The notes under the pieces were generated by a model. It saw only the letters and a program-made list of their open reading frames with translations. It was not told where the DNA came from and made no database searches. From NCBI GenBank assembly GCA_963514005.1, contig OY740804.1:18476001-18540000 (forward strand): a DNA stretch of 64,000 nt, read 5' to 3'. Positions 1 through 11,000 of the stretch are shown here, in pieces. The position numbers were made by a program, and so were the translations under genes. Positions within the stretch are counted from its first letter, which is position 1; each line of letters opens with the position of its first letter. Origin of the DNA: Raja brachyura (Eukaryota).

Positions 1-149
1 CGGCTATTCGTCATCAGTCATTCAAGATGGAAAGTGTTGCAACAAATGTCATTCCAAGCCAATGATGCGGATACGCAAATGAATAGAAAAATATTTCTAA
101 AACAATTGGATTTAAACGTCATGAAGGTTTAACCGGGCAACAATAAAAA

Positions 150-237
150 GTGTTTAAGAAGGAACTGTAGATGCTGGATAATCGAAGGTGGACAAAAAAT
201 GCTGGAGAAACTCAGCGGTTGCAGCAGCATCTAAGAG
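150..237. mobile_element. Short Penelope-like-element terminal fragment
   Basis: tgtttaagaaggaactgtagatgctgg...gctggagaaactcagcgg is shared with the end of the element at about 14025 and, inverted, with 12330-12408. Confidence 0.6.
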
Positions 238-1039
238 GTTGGGCAAGATATCACCCCGACTATTCTGATTGTTACATAAAAAAGTGCGTAAAACAATGGG
301 TGTGCGCGTTGTGAGAAAGCGAGAAGATTGAGAAATGTCGACAGTGCAATGGAGATGTGAAATAAGTTTGCAAAGAAAAAAAATCATGTGCGCTGCCTTT
401 TTCTGTAATTGTTAGTTTATCATGCCGAGTGATTTTCAATAAAATAATTATCGAAAGGTTTCTCGCAACATGTCAGTGTAATCACTGTTGTCATCGCAAA
501 GCTATTTGAATGTTCGATATAAATCATCCAGTGGTATTGCATTGAAATTTGTCAGTGTAATAAATTAAAAATCGCAATGGAATACGACGGATTATCAAAT
601 ACAGCATTATGTGCGGAACTAATGGGCATGCAATAATTGGAAACCACCATGGCACGTCTCCCGGGCAAAATAGTGCAAGAAGTAGGAACATAACGAAAGA
701 TGAATGTATTCTATTCGGGTGTTCATCCTCGTGCGATTGTTTTAGTTAAGGTTCCATTCGATTATATATTATTGACTCAAATGTGATATGAAACATGCAG
801 TATATGCCCCTGGGGAAACATTCTGCCGCTTCTACAAATTCGTACGTTGTTACATTTCATCCGGATTGACAAAGTTCGTGTGCGGGTTTTGATGTCAGTG
901 GCTAAACTGTTCGGCATCACTCCTTTTTCAGCTGCATGCATAATCTGTGCCGCAAGGTAATAATTCGTAGCTGAGTAAATAATTGTAAATCCGAGTGAAC
1001 AATTGCGGAAATTTTGACTAGTAAATTTAGCTCACAGTT

Positions 1040-1885
1040 TAAGTTTATAATTGTCACGTACAGTTTACGGTGAAAACCTCCGCATTGACTGCTATCTAAT
1101 CACATAATATAATACAGTACATGGAAACATTCAAGAAAAAATAAAATGTATTTGGTAGAGTTTCAGAAACAAGGTGCAGTCCGCAATGAGAAATATTGAA
1201 TTGGACAGTATCCCAACATATGGTAGGGCCGTTTAAAAGACCGAACGCAGACAGGAAGAAGCTTTTCCTGAGTCTGGTTTTGTGCGCTTTCACTCTTCTG
1301 TATCTCCTGTCGGACCGTGACGGAGATAAAAAGGGAAAGATTGTGGTGGGGTGAGTATTGATAATGTTGTCTACTTTCCCAATGTAGCGGGATTTGTAGA
1401 TGGAGTGCATGGTGAGGAGTCCGGTCCTGGGTTGACTAGGCTACACCCACAGCTCTTTCTAATTACTTGCGGTCTTGGGCAGAACTATTTCCAAAACAAT
1501 TTGTGAGGCAACATGTACGGTTTACTTGATGTGCCTGAAGTAGTTTAGAGAAGACATGCCTAAATTCTTCAGTCTCCTGAGAAAGTAAAGGCATTTGACC
1601 ACGCCATATCGTTGGCAATAATTAGGTCAAGGGATATGAAGCTCTGAAATATGTCCACTTTCTAAATATTGATATTGATTGTAGCATGCACTCCGCCACG
1701 CTTTCTGTACTTGAACCTTTGAACCATTGAACCTTTGAACCTTGTACTTGAGAACGAGCTCCTTTTTTGCTAACGTTGAGAGAGAGGCTGTTGTCCATTC
1801 ACCAACTTACTATATTCTCAATCTCATCTCGTAATATTTTGTGCTCCAGGCCCACCATAGTGGTGACATGTGCAAAATTTGGTCG
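1040..1885 (-). mobile_element. Degenerate Rex1/Babar-type LINE 3' fragment
   Basis: Minus-strand ORFs give RDEIENIVSW and RRYRRVKAHKTRLRKSFF, matching the C-terminus of the ORF at 4607..5281. Boundaries approximate. Confidence 0.7.
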
Positions 1886-2024
1886 TGAATCGTCAGTATA
1901 TATGGCGCATTGTAATGTCTGAGAACGCATCCTTGAGTGTGTGGATTTGTGCGCGCGCATGCCTGTGTGTGTGTGTGTGTGTGCGTTTGTTTTACGACTT
2001 GGCACGGCATATCTTCGGAGTTAC

Positions 2025-2060
2025 CTGCATTCTTTAGAGCCACCCTCATCTTTTTCATTT
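2025..2060 (-). CDS. Micro-exon, 36 nt ([12 protein letters not shown])
   Basis: gcacgtttcag|AAATGAAA...AAGAATGCAG|gtaact. Confidence 0.85.
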
Positions 2061-5000
2061 CTGAAACGTGCATAATAATGAATATTTACGTTGCATTTCT
2101 CAGTTTAATATAACCTGAGGTGTAAGTACTGCAAGGTAGTATAATAGTTTGCTTATTATTCGACCAATCTTTTGTTTCCATGTTCGCCTCATAATGGGCT
2201 AGTTTGATATTGAACGTACAAACGGTTAAACAGCAAAATGGCTACCTGGATGAAGCAGGATCCCCTTAAGATTGTTAGTAATCTAATATCCTGTTCTCAC
2301 TTAACTCCCCGGAGGCATCTATGAACGTTTCGCACAACTGGCTCACAGGACATTTTTAGGGCGAATTATTGCTTCGCAAACCATTAGTTGTGACTTCGGG
2401 CATTTTTTGTTCTGAGTTACCAAACAGCATTTTGAGTTTGATAAAAATCAATGGATATGTAGAATTACATTTAAGCACAGACAATTTGTCATCAATCAAT
2501 TGACAAGAAACGTACAACTTTCTTGTCATTTAAACTCGCATGAAATTGCACAATAAAATTGTGTTTTCTAAATAAACAGTCATTTGTTAAGTTGTTCTAC
2601 ACGTACTCATGGTTTGCATTTCAATGTCGATGATGATATGATTATTCTTGTCAGCGGAACTTTCCCGAAATGTGTTTCCTTCACATCCACGACACTCTCA
2701 GTGTTTTATTTTTATTTTTCTGGACCCCGAAACCATGAGACTCCGTTGATTTCCCATTGGTCAAGCTGAAATTGCGCAGAACTGTTATAATTTCCAGATA
2801 TATATGTCAAATATGTTTCTGCCATAATGACCACAAAGTGTGGTGCCAAACCTTGATCTGTTGTTATTCCGTGTTGACTAATATATTCAAAACCCATACA
2901 CGCACAACGCACAATTCTTACGCGTCTTTCATATATACGGCATCTGAACAATGTCTGAACGCTGAGTCAGAAGAAGAAATTAAGATGTATTCGCCTTGCT
3001 CTGACTTACCTTCCCGGCAATGTTTTAAAAGTTCTCCTGTAAACAGGTTTTCAAAGAAAATGACACAGGATGAAAATCACGACACTTATTAGGAATGTGA
3101 GCTTGCGTATTGCTACCCGTGGTACTATGATCCTTCACGAAGCAAAATAAGTTTACAATGGGGTAGGAATTATCACATTGTGACTCAAATGTTTATGTTA
3201 TCGCGGGCTCCCCTTATTTGGTGATCGGAATGTAAACCAACTGACCACATCGTATATATCCACTCTGTCTCAAACAGCTTTTGTTAAATTGGACATTTTA
3301 CATCACAACTAAAGAATTACGTCGAAAGCGACGTGTACGTACACTGTCGAGACTGGGCAACATTATCGCGCGTTGCTGTTAAAATGTCCCCACACATTCA
3401 AATTAATGCTGCCATTAGATCGTGGGTAATTAGAAGAAGCGGCAGAAACCGCAGTTATGTCGCGTAAGTTCACAGGTGATATTACAGAAGCTGTACGTTT
3501 TTTGAAATAGCTCCAACGATAGATGGATTATTTCATCGAATTCTAACAATATCCGTTAGCTTTATCTCGTTTAATCTCCGTGCCAATACGTATATGTCGT
3601 AGTTGAGGACACGGAAATATTCAATCGGGCAAATCGCTCTCATCCCCACCTGCTTTTTTTAAAGCATGGGTCAGTTCTTCAATGTCTATGACGAAAAAAA
3701 CAATGAACAGCTGAATATCCCAATAACAACATGTTTTAAGTTGGCAGGAGCAGAAACAGAAGCAACATCGGTTACAGTTTGTTCTAATGGCGTACGTTTG
3801 AAATACAATTGGAGAATGAACAGATAACTGCCAATGATCAGTCCATGTGCAGGAAAGTACTCAAGATGCTGGTATAAGCCGAACACAAAAAGCTGGAGTA
3901 ACTCAGCTGGACAAGCAGTGTCTGTGGAGGAACGAATGGGTTACGTTTCCAGTCGAGACAAAGAAGGGTCTCGACACGAAACGTCACCCATTCATTCTCT
4001 CCAGAGATGCTGCTTGTCCCGCTGAGTTACTCGAGCTTTTTGTGCCTATCCATAAGTTCATCATTCACAATCACCGTGGTACACGACGCCTAGATTTCAC
4101 TCCGTTTCTGTTCGCACATAACAACCAGAGGTAAGCGTATTATGATACCGCTTTTGACTAAATACCGCTTTTCAGGGTGCATCCAAGAATTGTTTAAGAA
4201 CTCCAAACGGAAATAATTTTGCAGATTCCTAAACCGCTGGCCAAAAGGTAGCATGTATGAACTGTGCAAATTAGAAACGAACATACATAACCCTAACCTG
4301 GTAAGTGACCAGCCCCCAGCAAAATAAATATGATTTTGGCACTTGAGCCGGTTGTAACAGCTGCTGGTCACCAACTCACAACGAGATTATATTCCACGAG
4401 TCAAAGTCCACAGATCATATGCATGTACTTCGCCCTATTTAATGTTTAATCGGATCGGTCAAACCATTCAACGTTCGATGAAAATGAATCAATTTCTAGT
4501 TAATTTTCCGATAATCATATACTTATTAAAACTCTCGTGTTCGAACGTTCGTTCACATTCTAATTATCGATTATTCGTTTAAGGCGTTTGTGGATCTCCT
4601 CATCAGGTGGGCCTCATCAGGGACGACAATGAGCTGGCTTACAGGGAGGAGGTGAAACAACTGGTGGACTGGTGCAATGCGAACAACCTGATCCTGAATG
4701 TCGAAAAAACAAAGGAGGTTATCGTCGACTTCAGGAAAACCCGGCACAGTCCCATACCACTTCACATCAATGACATCGATGTGGAGGTGGTCAGTAGCAC
4801 AAAGTTCCTGGGGGTGCAGATCACGAACAGTCTGACCTGGTCGAATAACATCTCATCAACAGTTAAGAGAGCGCAGCAGCAGTTGCACTTTCTGCGCCGG
4901 ATGACAAGTGTTCACCTCCCCAATCCCATCCTCACTACTTTCTACAGGGGCACCATAGAGAGTATTCTGACCAGCTGTATCTCTGTCTGGTTTGGGGACT

Positions 5001-8000
5001 GTATCTCTGTCTGGTTTGGAGCCTCCGACTGGAAGTCTGTGCAGAGAGTGGTGAGGACAGCGCAAAAAATCATCGGGACCTCTCTCCCCTCAATCGGGGA
5101 TATTGCGACCAAACGCTGCGTGTCTAAGGCCAGCAGTATTATAAAAGACCCCACACATCTCCATCACGGACTGTTCACTCTGCTGCCCTCGGGAAAAAGA
5201 TATCGCAGCATAAGGAGCAGAACATCAAGGTTCTACAACAGCTGCTTCCCACGAGCCATCAGACTCCCGAATGCCATGTAATGGGCTGCCACCATTGTCT
5301 ATTTATCCTTTTATCCTTTTTATCCATTTTATCCATGTCTATCCTTCTGTTAATTTATCGTGTTGCACAGGGAACCAAATGCAAAGTAATTTCGTTTGGA
5401 ACTGCAAATATCAATGTATTTCTAAATGACAATAAAGTTTGTTTGACTTTGACTTGACTCCTCCAGAATTTGCTGTAACGGAGTATTTTTTACATATTCC
5501 TGTAGAGTTTTTCTCAAGACCGTGCTTTGAACATTTGAAAATTCGGTTAGTCATTTCCACGCTTTTTTCCTAAAAAACATTTAATACAATTTTAATCAAA
5601 CTGCGGCATGAGTCAGAGACACATCTCACAGATGTCCAATCACAATGGATCTCATTTACATATGACATCACAATGGGACAGGGGTGGGGGATTGCAACCT
5701 TCACGTTCAGGGGTGGGAGATTGCAACCTGCACGAATCTCCTCCCTCTCCTCCCTTCCTCGCTCACTCCATCTCTCCCTTCCGCTCTCCCTCTCCCTCTC
5801 TCCCTCTCTCCATCTCCCTCTCCCCTCTCTCTCACACCTCTCTCCTCCATCTCTCCACCCTCTCTCTCACCCTCTCTCTCCCCCTCTCTCCCCCTCTCTC
5901 CCCTCTCTCTCTCTCCCTATCTCCCCTTTCTCCCCCTCTCTCGCCCCCTCCCTCCCCTTCACTCTCCTCATCCCTCTCCCCCACCCTCTCCCTCTCTCCC
6001 CCTGTCCCTCTCTGCCCCTCTCCCTCTCCCCCCATTTCTCTCTCTCTCACGCTCTCCATCTTCCCCTCGCTCTCCCCCCTGTCTCTCTCTCCACCAGTGT
6101 CTTTCCCCCCGTGCCACTCTCCCCTCTCTCTCTCCCTCTTTCTCCACTCTCCCCCCTCTCTCTCTCTCCCTCCCATCTCTCTCCCCTCCCCCTCTCCCCC
6201 TCTCTCACCCCCCGCTCTATCTCACCCCCCACCCCCCCCCCCCCCACCCCCTCTCTCTCACCACCTCTCTCCCCCCCTCTCTCTCTCCTCTCTCTCTCTC
6301 TCCCCTCTCCCTCTCACTCTCTCTCTCCCCTCTCTCCCCTCTCTCTCCCTCTCTCCCATTTTCTCCCTCTCTCTCCACATCTCTCTCCCCCTCTACCTCT
6401 CTATCCCCCTCTCCCACACCTAGGCGTCCCCCCCTTCCCTCTCCCCTCTCCCCTCCCCCTATCCATCCCCCTCTCTTTCCCTTCCCCCTCTCCTCTCCCT
6501 CCCCAATCTCTCCCCATCTCCCCTTCCCTCTCGCCCCTTCCTCCTCTCTCCCCACCCCGTTTCTCTCTACCCCCTCTCGCCCCCTCTCTACCGCCCGCCC
6601 CATGCGTGGGTGGTGGTTAGTGTGCGTGTGAAGTCCCCTCCCCCCTGTAACGGCGTGTTGGGGGAACAGACCCAGCGGGTCTGCACTTGGTCTATTAATA
6701 ACTTAAAAATGTACCTGCTGATGTTTCAAGAATCTGACTTTCTGCCAATGGAGCGATTAAATAGACGATTAAATAGAATAAAACATTGAAATTATATACC
6801 GTCACTGAAGCATAACGTAAATATGTATTTATCTTCATATTTGTGGAATGGTTTTGTCTGCCACACGGCAATGATACAGTCGCTAAAGTAAAGATAATGC
6901 ATAAACTGCCATTAACCACCGCGAGGATGACTTTACAATAGTCGCAATCAAAATCCACGCGATATGTTCGGAGGGATATTTGCCAAACTCGGGCAGGTGG
7001 GACTGCCCAGAGTAGGCGAATGGATGACCAAAGGACATACGTTTCAGGTGAAGGAGAAAAGATTGAATAGGAATCTGGGGGGGGGGTGGGGGGGGGGGGG
7101 GGGGGTAACATCTTTAGACAAAGTGCGGTGGGTTTATGAAACAAACTGCCAGAGGAGGTAGTTGAGGCAGTGACTCTCTCAACATTTAAGAAGCAGTTAG
7201 ACAGTTACATGAATAGGCCAGATTTGGAGGAATATGGACCAAATCCTAGCAGGTGGAACTAGTGTAGCAGGAATATATTGGCCGGTGTGGGCAAGTTAGA
7301 CCGAAGGGCCTGTTTCCACACTGTATCACTCCATCCATCTGTGACTCTGTGATTTACTTATCACTTGATGATATGTTTACTTGAATATATGCTTGTTTCT
7401 TATATAATAGTGTAGCGTTTACATGATGTTGAAATAAATGGCACAATTAGTTAACTACAATACTCTAGCACGAGAGCAGTATATGTTATGGATTTAATAC
7501 TGGCTTGCAACACTTCCAGAACTGTCCCATTGTTCCTTGGTCTGAAGGCAGGTAAATCGTATGTTATAATCTATCGATCCACAGTTGGAATAGGAACTCA
7601 ATAGGAAAGAAGCAGAATAATTTGTTTGGACCGGTGGTGCTTGCATAATTTCATAGCGGAGAACGCATTCACCCACATTCACCCATTATTAGACTGGGGG
7701 ATGGGTCTCCACCAGCTAGACGGAGACCCATCCCCCAGTCTAATAATGTGTAATCCTGAAGCACATTCTCTCACACATAACAAAAAACATCGATCATTCT
7801 GCAAGGTCCTACGCTAAGGCATAATCTAAAGTTAGTTTCTGTCCCCAGTGGATTAGTGTAATAGATCAATTTATATGAAAATAAATATAGTTCGGACGCC
7901 AATCTAATTCAATCTAACATGGAAGAAAGGTCTCCAAATTGTCATTAAAATTTGATATAATAGGCAATCGTACTGGTTTAATCGATTCGGCAGTTTCCGT

Positions 8001-11000
8001 TCCATATCCACTCCCCAGGACAGCTCCACTGTCTCCCCTGCAGAAACATACAAGCGTTTACCGACCCGCCCTTCCCAAGCAAGTACGCTGCACTTCGTTG
8101 CGAAACACTCCACTTTGAAACAAAATAAGTATATCACCAATGTGTGTTCACACTGACATCCTATTTTATCCTCACCTTCGTCTTTGCAAATTCCTTTCTG
8201 TTCTAAATAAATAGGTTATAGTAACGTGAGTAATTAACGTTTACAATATTGGTATATTTTAATGCGATATGTTTAAATTCAGTTCGGTAACACGATTTTC
8301 TTACGTTAATGTCTGCTTTACTCTCGTCTACGAGTTGTTCATTGTATGTTTCTAAAACTATTCGGCTCAACATTACCAATAAATAGCATCTGCAAGCACA
8401 CACACATATACACACGTACGNNNNNNNNNNNNNNNNNNNNNNNNNNNNNNNNNNNNNNNNNNNNNNNNNNNNNNNNNNNNNNNNNNNNNNNNNNNNNNNN
8501 NNNNNNNNNNNNNNNNNNNNNNNNNNNNNNNNNNNNNNNNNNNNNNNNNNNNNNNNNNNNNNNNNNNNNNNNNNNNNNNNGATATATTAAAGACAGCGGG
8601 AGACATAGTATATTCTGTCGTATACCTGAGCTTGGTACGGATCAGTCAATACTACTAGTTTACCTATTGTTGGTGAATTTTCGCACAGTGTGGCACAGTG
8701 GTGCTAAAATTCTTCACGGTTACTTAATTGGCATGTTTCGGTTTTCTTGGGTGAAGTGGTGTTATTTTGTGATATATGCCGCTAACCATTCCTCGTTAAG
8801 ATGTTAATACTCACAATGTGGACATGATTAGATACTATGTCCTGATATGCTAAACGAGAGGCTGTCCCACCCGGCACGCGTTCTCATCCAGTCTTCGAAG
8901 TTGCCTCATTATAGCTTAGGGGACTTGATACGTTCAATATTAATTTAGCATCTTCACTGCTATGAACTCAAATCAACACATTTCTCCAAATGCCATTCAA
9001 TAATTAATTGTGCCACATACCTGCATCCTTAAGATAATTTCTTAGTTGTTCCACTTCTTTAAAAAAAATAATTTAATTAACATTGAATGACTTGATTCTT
9101 TTAATACTTATTGTTTTCGGCATTTGTACTGACTTCTCCCTTTTCTCCCATCGGCCGATCACAGCAACAGTCAATACCCCCACGATTCAGTGTCCATCTT
9201 TTTTGGCAACAAAGCACTTTTAATGCTAATAATCTCGACGATGGAATTGATCGCTTCGTGGCCATGTTTGTGGATTCTACAAAGACACGTGAAGAGGAGG
9301 ATAATTTTAAAGAAGCTGGTAGTTTGCAAAGGGAATTGGACAGGTTGGGAGCACGGGTAAAGAAGTGGCAAATTGAATACAGCGTTGTAAAGAGTACGGT
9401 CATATAGTTTGTTAAGAAGAAATAAAGACCATAAGACCATATGACCATGAGACCATATGACCAAAAGACCATGAAGCGCAATTAGGCTCCTTTTATTCCG
9501 AGTCCTCGTGCCCTAGAATCTCCTACTAATGAAAACATCATATTTACTCTTCCTGGGCCTTTCATTCTGCAGTACAAATCCTCAGCACCACCTGCCCTTC
9601 CACGTATCTTCGGTACGAAAAATTTAGAACACATCTCGACACTCTGAGAAAAGGATGTACTGAAGTTCGAGAGCGTCCAGAGGAGGTTTACATGAATGAT
9701 CTCTAGAGATGATTGGGTTGACGTATGAGGTGCGTTTGATTACGTTGATCCTGTGCTACGTGGCGGTTGAAAGGACATGGGGGGGATTTCAATTGACACC
9801 TATTATAAAAGGTCTGTAAAGAGTGGATGTGCAAGGGGTGCTCCTATCAGTGGTATAGTATAGGACCAGCAGAGCACGTTCACAGAATATTAGAGCGTGC
9901 CTTCATAATAGAGATGAAGTACATTTTATTTAGCTAGAGGGAGGTAAATCTGTGCAATTAATTATCACCTCCGGCTGTTGAGGTCATGTCATTTGGAGTT
10001 TTTTTCAAGTGATGTTTAACAACTTCTGGATTCGTATTTTAGTGTCAGGGCTTGTTATAAAAGTAACTAAACTATTATTATTTTCAATATTTATTTCAAC
10101 AGACATTTGATTACGAGCGCCCAGCACTGCTAGACATTATTGCTCATGGTTTATTTCCTGTAGCTAAATTTGTAGTGAATTCGCTTAGCAGTATTATGCG
10201 AAAGTATAAAACGTAAAATGCTCAATTAAAAATGGGACATAAACGAATATTCGTGGAAATATCCGAGTTGCTGATTTTCGACATAATTTCGCACTCTTAA
10301 CATCAATGTTTAAGACTGAACAAAATCAGCTAAAATTTGCGTCATATATCCATACAGGACGGAAGCAGGCTCTTCAGCCGACCAAAATTGTCCAAATAAG
10401 CTAGTCCCGTTTTCCCACGCTTGGGACAGATTCATCTAAACTTCCATTATCCGCTTACATGTCCAAGTAGCTTTAAAATAACGTGTCCCAACTACCATCT
10501 CTGGCATTTTGTTGCACATACCCGACACCCTCTCAGTGAAATGGATACCCCTTATTTTCCTATTGAATCCTCTTGCACCTCTTGTCCCACCTCAAACCTG
10601 TTAGTGATTACCATACCCTGGACGAAAAGTCAATCTGCATTCACCTTATGTATTGCCTTCATGATATTATACACAGCTATAACATCACCCCCTCAGCTCC
10701 TGACCTCAATTGAAGAAAACCCAAGTCAATCCAAATTGTCCCTATTGCTCAAGCTCGAGTCCTGGCAATATCCTCTCTCTAGATTAATCGGAACTACTAG
10801 ATATCGAGAAAAACATTATTTTTATGGATCTCCACATAATAAAAAACATTTTTTTATGGATCTCCACATATTGTATTTGGTATATTTCGCCGGAATATGT
10901 GAAAGTACATTGATAGTAATTTGAGGAATATATATGTCATATGTTACCTATCTTTTTCGCAAATAGTTCGGCATCTGCGTATTAAAAAAAACAAAGTCGT

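Noticed and set aside
2922-2943. 22-nt candidate with a GTAAGA donor after exon 3010
   Set aside because: Frameshifting, and the intron would be only about 66 nt.
4270-4340. J-segment-like peptide NHIYFAGG on the minus strand
   Set aside because: No FGxG motif, no convincing RSS, and no V or C exons in the window.
5608-6631. Long Pro/Ser/Leu-rich and Gly/Glu/Arg-rich ORFs (up to 315 aa)
   Set aside because: Open in many frames because the C/T tract contains almost no stop codons.
7501-7541. 41-nt candidate where a 36-nt exon is expected
   Set aside because: No donor at 36 nt; the alternatives frameshift or create a stop.
7974-8037. Minus-strand [11 protein letters not shown] resembling the start of a C-type lectin domain, after a good acceptor
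   Set aside because: Wrong phase for the preceding exon, a stop follows within four codons, and no downstream lectin exons are visible.
8322-8351. 30-nt open candidate exon [10 protein letters not shown]
   Set aside because: Short pyrimidine tract, weak donor and atypical size; needs RNA evidence.
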